A DNA stretch of 64,000 nucleotides from a virus (Duplodnaviria > Caudoviricetes), in IMG/VR virus record IMGVR_UViG_3300037478_000283, positions 4,567-68,566 of that record; one strand, 5' to 3'. Positions 1-9,333 of the stretch are shown here, piece after piece. The stretch's first letter is position 1; each line of letters opens with the position of its first letter. The position numbers and the translations under genes were made by a program. The notes beneath the pieces are model-generated. The model saw only the letters and a program-made list of their open reading frames with translations, was not told the origin of the DNA and did not search any database.

Positions 1-774
1 GGGATCGATATCGGCTGGATCGTCTACGACACATGGCGCAGCGGCCCATGGATCCGGCGAGTTGAGTTCGTACAGTCGGCAAGGGCGGCGGTGCGGACCC
101 TGATCTGGGGACGGATCGGATCGGCACTGCGCGTCCACGTGCCGCCATTCGGTGATCTGATGCTGCGCGAGGACAGGTTGATCGATTCGATGCCGTCCAT
201 GGCCGCCGACGAGATCTACCAGCGGTGCCAGCGATTCATCGGCGCCGGTCACCGCAGGTCGGTGTTGCTGCATGGGCAACCCGGCACCGGCAAGAGCCAC
301 ATCATCCGACAGGTCGCGACGCGATCGGGTCAAATGACGCTACGGCTACACGCCCGCGACATCGAGAGGGCCTCCGGACTCCCCGCCCTGATCGATCTAC
401 TGGAACCCGGTGCGGTGTTGATCGACGACATCGATCGGCTCCGAGAGCCCGGCTCGATCCTCGAAGAGATCGACGAGATGCGCACCGGCGCCAGCCTGCT
501 GCTTGTCACCGCGAACGACCTATCTAAGCTGGATCCGGCACTGTTGCGGCCCGGTCGATTCGACGACGTTGTCCATGTGGCGACGCTGGACGATGGGGTG
601 CTCGATCGATTGTTGGTCGACGTCCCGCTGGCCGAGGCTGCGCGCCTCCGGAGACTCCCAGTAGCGTACGTGCACGAGTTCCTGCGCCACCAAGACGCGT
701 TCGGTCACGAAGCCGCGATCGCTGCGATGGCAGAGTTGGAGAAAAGAGCTGGCGCGGCGGAGGTGCAACCGTGA
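1..774 (+). CDS. AAA+ ATPase (5'-truncated at window edge)
   Basis: Frame open from base 1; Walker A GQPGTGKS, Walker B VLIDDID, SRH TANDLSKLDPALLRPGRFD. Confidence 0.9.
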   Translation, partial: GIDIGWIVYDTWRSGPWIRRVEFVQSARAAVRTLIWGRIGSALRVHVPPFGDLMLREDRLIDSMPSMAADEIYQRCQRFIGAGHRRSVLLHGQPGTGKSHIIRQVATRSGQMTLRLHARDIERASGLPALIDLLEPGAVLIDDIDRLREPGSILEEIDEMRTGASLLLVTANDLSKLDPALLRPGRFDDVVHVATLDDGVLDRLLVDVPLAEAARLRRLPVAYVHEFLRHQDAFGHEAAIAAMAELEKRAGAAEVQP

Positions 775-1079
775 TCCGCTGCGACGACTGGCGAGAGGGC
801 CGCGAGCTGGTGAAGGCCGGCCAGCAAGTGCTGCACGTATGGACGCCGACGCTCGAGCAGCGCCGAGCCGCCCGACCGCTCGTGTTCCGCCAGACGAAGC
901 TATGGGCGCACCTCGTCGACATGGACTTCGATCGGCTGGTGAAAACGGCGAGGGGTCTCGGTGTCGAGCGGGTCGTGGTCGAGCGCAAGGGGACGCACCT
1001 GCAGCACGTCGACCTTTGCGGCGGACCGTTGAAGAGAGCGATCGCGCGTTGCGAACGGGAGGCGACATGTCCCGCGTGA
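771..1079 (+). CDS. DUF4031-like small phage protein
   Basis: HLVDMDFDRLVKTARGLGVER...QHVDL resembles DUF4031; 4-nt overlap with upstream stop. Confidence 0.55.
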   Translation: MIRCDDWREGRELVKAGQQVLHVWTPTLEQRRAARPLVFRQTKLWAHLVDMDFDRLVKTARGLGVERVVVERKGTHLQHVDLCGGPLKRAIARCEREATCPA

Positions 1080-1585
1080 TGGAGTGGCCGATCTTGTTCT
1101 CGGGCCAGATGGTCCGTGCGATCCTCGAGGGCCGCAAAACAGTCACACGCCGAATGGATCGGCGGTGGCTGAAGCGGAAGCCGGGAAACAGGTTATGGGT
1201 GCGAGAAACATGGGGCCAACTCACCGGATACGGCAGTGGCCCAACTGAGCCAGTGTTCTGGCGGGCAGACTATTCCAGCACCGATCTTGAAACGCAGCAT
1301 CTGCCCAAATGGCGCCCATCGATCCACATGCCCCGCTGGGCGAGCCGCTTGCTGCTTGAGGTGACCGAGGAGCCACGGATCGAGCCGCTGAGCGATATGA
1401 CAGATGGCGAGGCAAAAGCGGAAGGCGTGACGCCATTCGCGTTTCCTGGTGGCATGATCCTAATCGGCGCTCACCTGCGAGCGTTTCAAATCCTGTGGGA
1501 CGCGATCAATGGCAAGCGCTACCCATGGAGCAGTAACCCGTCACCAGTACGGATCGCATTCCGCGAGATTGAGAGACGAGCATGA
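1067..1585 (+). CDS. ASCH/PUA-like phage protein
   Basis: EWPILFSGQMVRAILEGRKTVTRR...LWVRETW...WRPSIHMPRWASRLLLEVT, a recognisable phage ASCH-like family; ATG 1067 after GGGAGG. Confidence 0.8.
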   Translation: MSRVMEWPILFSGQMVRAILEGRKTVTRRMDRRWLKRKPGNRLWVRETWGQLTGYGSGPTEPVFWRADYSSTDLETQHLPKWRPSIHMPRWASRLLLEVTEEPRIEPLSDMTDGEAKAEGVTPFAFPGGMILIGAHLRAFQILWDAINGKRYPWSSNPSPVRIAFREIERRA

Positions 1586-1962
1586 CAATCCGAGGAGCAA
1601 TCGAGGACGTGGCCCGTTTCCACGATGCCGCTGGAATCGTCGAACGTGGCGACCATCAACCGGCACTCGTAAGAGGTGCGACGAGATGGCGCCTGCTCGA
1701 CGAGGAGATCAGGGAACTGATCGAGGCGATGGCCGACAACGACATGGAGTCAGTCGCAGACGCCTACGCCGACATCATATACATCGTGCTCGGCTCTGCG
1801 CTGATGCAGATCGGAAAAGAGCGGTTCATCCGGGTGTGGGACGAGGTGCAGCGCGCCAATATGGCCAAGTGCATCGACGGAAGGCTCGTCATGCGCGACG
1901 ACGGCAAGATCCTCAAACCCGACGGATGGACACCGCCGGACATCGGAGGAGCGTTGCGATGA
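1582..1962 (+). CDS. MazG-like (PRA-PH type) nucleotide pyrophosphohydrolase
   Basis: LLDEEIREL...VADAYADIIY...WDEVQRANMAK...DGKILKPDGWTPPDI. Confidence 0.85.
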   Translation: MTIRGAIEDVARFHDAAGIVERGDHQPALVRGATRWRLLDEEIRELIEAMADNDMESVADAYADIIYIVLGSALMQIGKERFIRVWDEVQRANMAKCIDGRLVMRDDGKILKPDGWTPPDIGGALR

Positions 1963-2261
1963 TCGACCAACCCGAACACAAGATCCGATGCGGTGACCAC
2001 GTCAAGCACCGCCCAACCGACGAGGAATGGGTGGTGGCCTACGCTGACTATCAGACCGGCAAGCTTGCATGGATCGGCTGGCCCGAGGGGCGTGCCGAGA
2101 TCGACGACTGCATCTTGATCGGTGCTGCCTCGGACGAGCAGCACACCAAATACGTCGACAGTTGGCGACGGTCTCCCGCGAGGAAGGATAACGGCGGAAC
2201 CGACCATCGCCGCGCGGTGGTACTGCGCCTGTACGGCACCGACGAGGAGCGCTCGTCATGA
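1959..2261 (+). CDS. hypothetical protein
   Basis: ATGA overlaps at both ends; MIDQPEHKIRCGDHVKHRPTDEEWVVAYAD... Confidence 0.65.
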   Translation: MIDQPEHKIRCGDHVKHRPTDEEWVVAYADYQTGKLAWIGWPEGRAEIDDCILIGAASDEQHTKYVDSWRRSPARKDNGGTDHRRAVVLRLYGTDEERSS

Positions 2262-2380
2262 CCGACCACGGCACATGGAAGATCCCGCGGCTGCGAATCC
2301 GATCGTCACGTGGCCGCGTATGGAGATCAGAATCGACAACGGAGACCAACGCGGTCTCGGGAAGCATTGAGGCGAGATGA
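2258..2380 (+). CDS. 40-aa hypothetical protein
   Basis: Exactly fills the gap with ATGA overlaps on both sides; below the ORF-track cutoff. Confidence 0.4.
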   Translation: MTDHGTWKIPRLRIRSSRGRVWRSESTTETNAVSGSIEAR

Positions 2381-5300
2381 GCGACCAACCATTCCTGTGC
2401 CGCGATCCAGCCGAGCACCCAGCGGTTGCGCTGTGGAGCAAGGCAGTCATGGATGCGATTGATCGACAAATGCCCCCCGCTATTATCTTTTACGAGCTCA
2501 TCCAGGAGTCTCGCCCGCTCCAGGGCGAAGAATCCCACCTTGCCGCACTACAGGAGTGCGAGCGGAAGCTAGCGCAGGCACGCGAGCTCCTTGAGGTGCA
2601 CGAGTATGCATGCAGATGTGCGTACTGCGACGAGATCTTGCTGAAAGAAGACCTCCGTGAACACGCAATGACGGCATGCAAGGAGCATCCACTGCGCCAA
2701 GCCGAAGCCGATCTTTCCGCTGTTCGAGCGGAGCTGGCAGAGGCGCATGCGGAGCTGGTGAGGGAGCGCGAAGAGGCATTTGAGGACTGCGAATCGCTAC
2801 GAGTAAATGTAGCCGCTTTGCTACAACGCTCGGAGAAAGCCGAAGCCGATCTCGCCGCTGCTCAGGCGGAGCTGGCGGAGCCAGAGCACGAGCACGCCGC
2901 GCTCAACTCGGAAATGCTGGCACTGATCCGCCAGATCGCCGATGACAATGGGGCGAGTGCTGTTCCGTTCTTGGACGATGCTGTGCTGGTCTGCATCAAT
3001 ACGCAGCGAAAGCGCGCCGAGATAGCCGAAGCTACAATCGAGCAGCAGAGGCAACTACTGCGACAGTTCGGCGCCGAAGATCGGGAGGCGGGGAAGCTGC
3101 GGTCAGATCTCGCCGCTGCCCGCAAGCGAATCGAAGAGTTGGAAACCGAAAACACGCCGGCGTGGGAGGATGACGACGAGGTCAAGCGCCTCCGCGCCGA
3201 ACTGGCAGCCGCGAACGATGTCGTCGAAGCGCAAAGGCTCACGATCCAGCGCGTCCGCGAGGAACTGACCAAAGCCGCCGAGGGACTGGACGATCATGGG
3301 ACCGGAGATCCGATCTACGCACTAGTGCAGACGATCGAAAGATTGAAGGACGAACGCGACGATGCTGAGCAGCGCGCCCGCGACAGGGACGACGCAGCGC
3401 GCGACAACCTCCGCGCATTCCACCGAGAGAAACGCGGACGCAAGGCATCCGAAGCCCGCGCCACGAATGCCGAGCAGGAGGCACAGGAATGGAATGCGGC
3501 CGCGGAACAGCAAGCGGAACTATTATCAACACACGATCAGGACATGGCAGATCTGCGGGCCGAAATGCGCGACTGGATGCAACGTGCCACGAATGCCGAG
3601 CAGGAGCGAGATAACGCATGGGCTAGCATCGAGCGAGAGAAGCAAGCCCAAACCAGCGCCGAGTGGGAGGCCCGCGCCGAAACGGCTGAGCGCGAGCGGG
3701 ACTACCAGCGCGACCAAATGAATGATTGGCGCGCGATGGCCATTCGGGCTGCAAATCACGGCGAGCGACTAGAACACGCACTGCAAGACCTTATGGATAC
3801 GTGTGCCGCTACGCCTATGCACGAAGGCTATGAAGCATTCGACGACGCATTCAAGGCAGCGAAGGCATCCCTCGCAGCCTCGCCCCCGGCCCAGCTGCCC
3901 GAGCGGAATGTCGAGCGAACACTGATCGAGCAGATATGTCGCGATCTCAACGACGCGCACAACGAGATCCTGCGGCTGCAAGGTTGCGCCTCTGAATCGC
4001 TTGCGCGCTACGACTGGCCCGAGTGGTCTAGTCCGGCGAACAGCATTCGCGCCGCAGAACGACTGCTAGGGCGAAAGCTAGCGAAAACCGATATCTGGAC
4101 GATGTACCCGGCCGCGGAGACCGAACGGCGCGACGCCGACGCCCTGTTCGAGCGGATGATCGCCAGCGGCGAACTCTCCGAGGAGAAACTCCGGGAGTCG
4201 TTCGATCGGTTTATCGCACGACGCGTCGTCACGGACCCGGCAACCGGCGAGGTGTCACTGGCTGCTGAGGCGGCCCAGTCCACGACCGACTACCCACTCG
4301 GGAGGTGCCAGGGCAAACACAGTGGCACCGGAGCGCAGTGCCTGCTGCCCTATGACCACGGCGGAACGTGTTCGTTTCGATCTGACATCGCCCCGAAGCC
4401 GTCCGCGGAGCCCGCCCCAGAATCCGCCCAGCCCGCCACGAGAACTTGTCCATGGTGCGCGGCTACGCGCCCGACGGTCGGCCCGTGTCACAGTTGCACC
4501 GTGGCATGGCTCAAAGGGGAGCGCATAGATCCGGAGCCGCCCGTCGAGCCCGAGCCTCTATGGTGCCCATCGTGTGGCAGTACCGATGTCGATAACGTGA
4601 GGTATGGTCTGCGGGTTATCTGCATGACCTGCGACCACGAGTGGAAGACGATCGACGCTTACGAGAGGAAGCGAGCCTCGAAGCCCGAACTCCTCGACTG
4701 GGCCAAGAATCACGCCCGGGTTCTACGGGAGTCAGGATGCTCGCCGGAAGAAGAGCACGAACTTCGCAGGCACATGATCGATCCTGCCGCCCCGAAGCCG
4801 GAGCCGCCAGCCGCGTCAATATGGGACCTAGCCGCGAAGGCCCAAGCCGAGGTCGACGCGTGGCCTAAATCGAAGCGCCGGGCTGCCGACGAAGCGCTGG
4901 TGAGTCAGCCCGTCGAACCCCGCACTCTCACGCTGGACGAGACCATAGCCGGCGCCGAGCCCGTATGGACCGAGGCTGAGATCGCTGAGGCCAAGGCACG
5001 CGCACGGGAACTCGCACCGATGTGGGGTGTCGCCGAGCCCGAACTCCCCGATTACGTAAGAGCGGCTGGGTATCAGATCCGCCTTGCCGTCAGCCCACTA
5101 TTGCCGAACTCATGGATAGCCACATCGGACGACTGGACGAGCGGACAAGCGAAACCGAAAGCCACCGCGATCGCAGACTGCATCGCACATTACGAGGCTA
5201 ACAACGATCCGCCGGGGTACTCGACCAAGCTCGACGGCGTCTCCACGTGGTACTGGGAAAGCGACGACTATGCTGGCGACTACGAGGCTACGTTCGCGAT

Positions 5301-5976
5301 CGCACGCGCCGACGCATGGCGCCATTATCACGCCGCGAGAGCGCAGGAGGATAACAGTGAAGTACACGAGCGAGAAAATAATCCTCCGGATTACGAGATC
5401 GCGATCGACGATGCTCGCGGTTGCTGGGAGTGGCACTACCCCGACGTCGGAATGCCCCATGTCGTGCGGACGGATTTTGCCTCAGTCGAAGAAGCCCGCG
5501 CCGCCGCATGGAAGCACTACCACGCCGCGAAAGCACAGGAGCGCCGGCTTTCGGATCGGATGTACGCCGAGACCGAGCGCAAGCTAGCGGAGAAACACGC
5601 ATACGCAGCACGGCAAGATGACGTGCATCCCCCCGATAGAGATCCCGAGGGGAAACAGCTGGGGCAGGACCAGCCGTGTGCACCGAACAACCCCCCGGCG
5701 CCAGGGGCCGGGCCGACCCCTGAGCCTGAACGCGCGGCGAAGCGCCGACGGCGAGCTGCTCGAGAAGGGTTCCTTACCGGCGGCTTCATCCTGCCCACAC
5801 CCATCGAGCAAAAGCCCGGCTGGGACTTCGTGACGCGCGGGGAGCTGGCGAAGCACCTCGACATGGTCGTCAAGGCGTTTGGGGACGAAGCGCCAACGAC
5901 TGCGGACATGTTCGCTTACTTCGCGGCGTTGGTGCGTGCCGAAGGCCGTCGCATCGAGAAAGGTAGCAAGTCATGA
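2377..5976 (+). CDS. 1199-aa mosaic accessory protein (coiled coil, several Zn-binding motifs, repeated small domains)
   Basis: Long ORF; CAYC..H..C..H, CPWC..CHSC and CPSC..CMTC motifs; coiled-coil heptads; internal duplications. Confidence 0.8.
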   Translation: MSDQPFLCRDPAEHPAVALWSKAVMDAIDRQMPPAIIFYELIQESRPLQGEESHLAALQECERKLAQARELLEVHEYACRCAYCDEILLKEDLREHAMTACKEHPLRQAEADLSAVRAELAEAHAELVREREEAFEDCESLRVNVAALLQRSEKAEADLAAAQAELAEPEHEHAALNSEMLALIRQIADDNGASAVPFLDDAVLVCINTQRKRAEIAEATIEQQRQLLRQFGAEDREAGKLRSDLAAARKRIEELETENTPAWEDDDEVKRLRAELAAANDVVEAQRLTIQRVREELTKAAEGLDDHGTGDPIYALVQTIERLKDERDDAEQRARDRDDAARDNLRAFHREKRGRKASEARATNAEQEAQEWNAAAEQQAELLSTHDQDMADLRAEMRDWMQRATNAEQERDNAWASIEREKQAQTSAEWEARAETAERERDYQRDQMNDWRAMAIRAANHGERLEHALQDLMDTCAATPMHEGYEAFDDAFKAAKASLAASPPAQLPERNVERTLIEQICRDLNDAHNEILRLQGCASESLARYDWPEWSSPANSIRAAERLLGRKLAKTDIWTMYPAAETERRDADALFERMIASGELSEEKLRESFDRFIARRVVTDPATGEVSLAAEAAQSTTDYPLGRCQGKHSGTGAQCLLPYDHGGTCSFRSDIAPKPSAEPAPESAQPATRTCPWCAATRPTVGPCHSCTVAWLKGERIDPEPPVEPEPLWCPSCGSTDVDNVRYGLRVICMTCDHEWKTIDAYERKRASKPELLDWAKNHARVLRESGCSPEEEHELRRHMIDPAAPKPEPPAASIWDLAAKAQAEVDAWPKSKRRAADEALVSQPVEPRTLTLDETIAGAEPVWTEAEIAEAKARARELAPMWGVAEPELPDYVRAAGYQIRLAVSPLLPNSWIATSDDWTSGQAKPKATAIADCIAHYEANNDPPGYSTKLDGVSTWYWESDDYAGDYEATFAIARADAWRHYHAARAQEDNSEVHERENNPPDYEIAIDDARGCWEWHYPDVGMPHVVRTDFASVEEARAAAWKHYHAAKAQERRLSDRMYAETERKLAEKHAYAARQDDVHPPDRDPEGKQLGQDQPCAPNNPPAPGAGPTPEPERAAKRRRRAAREGFLTGGFILPTPIEQKPGWDFVTRGELAKHLDMVVKAFGDEAPTTADMFAYFAALVRAEGRRIEKGSKS

Positions 5977-6158
5977 GCTGGGAGACGCTTGCCGGACTCG
6001 CATTGGTGATGGCCGGATTCACCCTTGGCTTCAGTGCTGGCACGTGGCTCACGATGCACCACTGGAAGCAAACGGATAAGTTTAGGGAGGAGGCCCGTTC
6101 GATCATGGAGAGATACCGGCTGAAAATCGAGGTGCAGCAGAAAGGTAGCAAGTCGTGA
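5973..6158 (+). CDS. small membrane protein
   Basis: N-terminal hydrophobic helix LAGLALVMAGFTLGFSAGTWL; ATGA overlap. Confidence 0.65.
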   Translation: MSWETLAGLALVMAGFTLGFSAGTWLTMHHWKQTDKFREEARSIMERYRLKIEVQQKGSKS

Positions 6159-6328
6159 TCGTAAAAGCAGATCTAGGCGACGTCCACCGTGCCGTCGAAC
6201 GAGCCAAGCGAGAGATTCGGGCCGAGATCGTCGCAGCGCTGCGGGCTGAGGCGGAGAGTCACCACGGACATCTACCGAAGCTCATTCTGAGCAACCTTGC
6301 CGACCGCTTGGAGAAAGGCGGCAGGTGA
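6155..6328 (+). CDS. 57-aa hypothetical protein
   Basis: GTG overlapping upstream TGA; MIVKADLGDVHRAVERAKREIRAE... Confidence 0.55.
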   Translation: MIVKADLGDVHRAVERAKREIRAEIVAALRAEAESHHGHLPKLILSNLADRLEKGGR

Positions 6329-6330
6329 TC

Positions 6331-6504
6331 ATGTACCAGAAAATGTCAGGCCAAATTTCCGATCTCGGCTACGACGGTACGGTCCGTTGCCAAACGTGCG
6401 GTGAGACGAGGAAGGTCAACGTGGTCAACTGCCTGCGCTCCGGCTGGCCCACGTGCTGCGGCGAGACGATGGAACTCGTGAAGACGAAAGGCGGCAAGCC
6501 GTGA
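6331..6504 (+). CDS. small zinc-ribbon protein
   Basis: CQTCG...WPTCCGETM; AGGTG RBS. Confidence 0.6.
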   Translation: MYQKMSGQISDLGYDGTVRCQTCGETRKVNVVNCLRSGWPTCCGETMELVKTKGGKP

Positions 6505-6689
6505 AGCTCAAATGGAGGCGCATCAAGCCAGGGTGGTACGAGGGCTGGCTGGGTGACTCTTGTGTTTGTGACATTGAACGCGGCCCGTGGTTCTGGTATT
6601 GGCGCGCCGGCGTTGATCAGGACGGGATGGCATGGATTCTGGCCACCGCCAAGCGCGAAGCCGAGGCGGCGATTGGAGGAGCAAGATGA
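6501..6689 (+). CDS. Trp-rich hypothetical protein
   Basis: GTG start overlapping upstream stop; LKWRRIKPGWYEG...TAKREAEAAI. Confidence 0.55.
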   Translation: MKLKWRRIKPGWYEGWLGDSCVCDIERGPWFWYWRAGVDQDGMAWILATAKREAEAAIGGAR

Positions 6690-7024
6690 TTGACGACAAA
6701 TTCGCACCACTATGCACGCACGAGCACGCGACGCCGGGTCCGTGGCGTCAGAGGACGCCGTTCGATCTCGAAATCGTCGCCGGTTTGTACGCCTTGCCGC
6801 ACGTTGCCCACGTGGCCCATGAGAACGCGTGGGGGCCCAGCTCGCGCGCCGCTCAGATCGCGAATGCTCGTCACATCGCGACTTGGAACCCGGACGTCAC
6901 TGCCGAGATCGTGGAGCTGCTGCGGGAGGCGGACGACTGTTGGGGCGCGTACGGGTACATGGGCTCCAAGGACTGGGGCAACAGACTTCACGCCCTACTG
7001 GCCCGAATAGGAGAGCGACGATGA
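6686..7024 (+). CDS. Ead/Ea22-like protein
   Basis: ATPGPW...ANARHIATWNP motif pair typical of Ead/Ea22. Confidence 0.65.
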   Translation: MIDDKFAPLCTHEHATPGPWRQRTPFDLEIVAGLYALPHVAHVAHENAWGPSSRAAQIANARHIATWNPDVTAEIVELLREADDCWGAYGYMGSKDWGNRLHALLARIGERR

Positions 7025-7293
7025 GCGACCAAGACCGACGCGAAGCAGTGGCGCTCCGGATGATCCCAGAGTTCGCCGCAGTGACGCAGCCTACGCGTGT
7101 GCGGGCGTGCGTTGTGAAGGCGATGGAGCGCGAGGCTGCTCACCAGAAGGAACGCTATCGCGAGCTATTGGTCGCCGCGTGTACGGCCTGCGAGATATTT
7201 ATGCGCAAAGACCCGAGCGCGTCGTGGCACGAGTTACGGACTTCCGCGGAGGCTTTGCGGGACGCAATCTCACGACTGGAGCAGAAGCAGTGA
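7021..7293 (+). CDS. hypothetical protein
   Basis: ATGA overlap, GGAG RBS. Confidence 0.55.
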   Translation: MSDQDRREAVALRMIPEFAAVTQPTRVRACVVKAMEREAAHQKERYRELLVAACTACEIFMRKDPSASWHELRTSAEALRDAISRLEQKQ

Positions 7294-7523
7294 CCCGCCA
7301 CTACACCCGCGACGACGACCAGAGCCGCTACACCGATGGGTACTCGTTCGGCGTCATGGAGTCGATGCGTGAGTGTCGGGAGACGATCGCCGATCAAGCC
7401 AAGCGGTTGCGGCTGTCTGATAGCGCCCTGGCGCAGGTCCTCGCAGCGCTCGCCGAGTGCCACCGGAGATTGATGGAGCCCGAGCCAAACCGGACATCTC
7501 CGCACCATAGGACGAAGCAATGA
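7290..7523 (+). CDS. hypothetical protein
   Basis: GTGA overlap; helical amphipathic sequence. Confidence 0.5.
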   Translation: MTRHYTRDDDQSRYTDGYSFGVMESMRECRETIADQAKRLRLSDSALAQVLAALAECHRRLMEPEPNRTSPHHRTKQ

Positions 7524-7542
7524 GCGCGGAGCAACAGCGTGC

Positions 7543-7755
7543 GTGACCACCCATCGATGCCACCTGATCCACGCCCACCAGCTCCGCCCAGGGGACGAGG
7601 TGATCATTGTTGCGGGCGATCGGTTGCGGGTGGTGGAGTCGGTCATGCCGTGCACCTACAACGGCAGACCAGCGATCAAGGTGGTGACGGCTGGACGAAG
7701 TCGGAGCGAGATATATCTTGGGACTACCCATACCGTTTTCCTGAAGGTAGAATGA
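7543..7755 (+). CDS. hypothetical protein (SH3/KOW-like)
   Basis: QLRPGDEVII...RVVESV beta-rich pattern. Confidence 0.5.
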   Translation: MTTHRCHLIHAHQLRPGDEVIIVAGDRLRVVESVMPCTYNGRPAIKVVTAGRSRSEIYLGTTHTVFLKVE

Positions 7756-8732
7756 TGTCCATGTCAGTCGTGCTAGTGGACAAAACTCTTGATGACAGGA
7801 TCATGCCCGAGCCAACGACAGGGTGTTGGCTTTGGTGCGGCAAGCTCAGCAAGACGGGGTACGGAAAAATTGGGCAAAAGCTCGCGCATCGCGTCGTTTA
7901 CGAGCAAATGGTCGGACCATGCGAAAAGCATCTAGATCATCGATGTCAGACCAGGTCATGCGTCAATCCTGAGCATCTTCGTCCGTGTACGCCAAGACAG
8001 AATGCACAGTACAGCGCATCGCGGCGAAACACGTCGTCAATATTCAAGGGTGTGTCCTTCGACAAAAAATGCAAGAAATGGCAGGCGTGTATATGCATTG
8101 GTGAACACCGATCATCGGCTGGCAAGCATAAGACATTGGGGTATTTCACCGATGAAACCGAGGCCGCCCGCACTTATGATGCGGCTGCTCGAAAGTACTT
8201 CGGAGAGTTTGCCAATCTCAACCTTCCGCATCTTCCACCTATCGTTATCTCCCCGAAGAAAAAACCGACATTGAACGATGTTCTAAGTCCGAGGATCGCT
8301 TACCATCAGGAAAGCGGTTGCTGGCTCTGGCAAGGCGCGACCAGTAGTGGGTACGGACAGATAAGATACGACTTTCAGACATGCTACGTACACAGGCTGA
8401 TGTATGAAAAACGCATCGGGCCCATACCTGAAGGTTTGCTAGTGAAGCAGACGTGCGGTGTACGTTTATGCTGCAATCCCGATCATCTGCGACTATGCAC
8501 CGCGCAACAAAAGGCCCGTTCTAAGCAAAAGCGGAAAAGCGGATCATCGCATTACAAGGGGGTAGGTTGGAGCGCGAGCGGCAAGAAGTGGCAGGCAAAC
8601 ATCAAGACCGGGGATACAGTTTCATATCTAGGACAGTTTTCCGACGAAAAAGAGGCTGCAATGGCCTACGACAAAGCTGCACGCGAGCACTTCGGGGAGT
8701 TCGCAGCGTGCAACTTTCCAAAAGAGGAATAA
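7752..8732 (+). CDS. tandem (HNH-AP2)x2 homing endonuclease-like protein
   Basis: Two units GCWLW...AHR/VHR...C.NP.HL followed by S.YKGV...KKWQA.I...LG.F.DE.EAA..YD.AAR..FGEFA; visibly lower GC. Confidence 0.9.
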   Translation: MMSMSVVLVDKTLDDRIMPEPTTGCWLWCGKLSKTGYGKIGQKLAHRVVYEQMVGPCEKHLDHRCQTRSCVNPEHLRPCTPRQNAQYSASRRNTSSIFKGVSFDKKCKKWQACICIGEHRSSAGKHKTLGYFTDETEAARTYDAAARKYFGEFANLNLPHLPPIVISPKKKPTLNDVLSPRIAYHQESGCWLWQGATSSGYGQIRYDFQTCYVHRLMYEKRIGPIPEGLLVKQTCGVRLCCNPDHLRLCTAQQKARSKQKRKSGSSHYKGVGWSASGKKWQANIKTGDTVSYLGQFSDEKEAAMAYDKAAREHFGEFAACNFPKEE

Positions 8733-8736
8733 CATC

Positions 8737-9333
8737 ATGACCATCCCACGCCCCCACTCAAGCCTCGAAGAGCTCCACCCGGAATGCCGCAGCCGAATCG
8801 TCCGGCTCGAAGAGGCGCTCGCCGACGAAGACCTACCGTTCCGCCGGTTCGAATGCTTCCGAACTCCGGGCAGGCAACGGTACCTGTACAGCAAAGGGCG
8901 CCGCGAGCCGTACAAGCATCTGAAGATCGTGACCGGTGCTGATGCATGGATCTCGTTGCACCAGTATGGCGTGGCCGTCGACTTCGTACTCGCGATCCAA
9001 GGCGTCAACCCGTGGGCGATGGGTGAACATCTGCCGAAATGGAAGCGACTGCACGAGCTCGGGAAGCAGCACGGACTGGAGCCGCTGTTGAAGCGCGTCA
9101 AGGGCAGGCTAGTGGTCGCCGAACGGCCACATTTACAGTTGCCATGGAGCCTCAGTGCGTTGCGGCAGGGGCTCTATCCGCCCGGCGGTGACGAGACGTG
9201 GACAGCCACGATGGCGGAGGCGATCGCGAGCTTCCCGATGGGCGCGCCGCCGATGCCGGAGATCGAGGAGTTCGAGGACCGGCCGGCGCTTGCTTATGAC
9301 TGGTATGACGGGCCGACGGAGGTGGTGGCGTGA
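8737..9333 (+). CDS. M15 family (L-Ala-D-Glu peptidase-like) endolysin
   Basis: FRTPGRQRYLYSKGR...SLHQYGVAVD...ERPHLQ Zn-peptidase motifs. Confidence 0.85.
   Translation: MTIPRPHSSLEELHPECRSRIVRLEEALADEDLPFRRFECFRTPGRQRYLYSKGRREPYKHLKIVTGADAWISLHQYGVAVDFVLAIQGVNPWAMGEHLPKWKRLHELGKQHGLEPLLKRVKGRLVVAERPHLQLPWSLSALRQGLYPPGGDETWTATMAEAIASFPMGAPPMPEIEEFEDRPALAYDWYDGPTEVVA

Noticed and set aside
1582-1962. Z-genome (2-aminoadenine) or deazaguanine pathway
   Set aside because: A MazG-like enzyme alone is insufficient; no PurZ, DatZ, DpdA or Que genes in the window.
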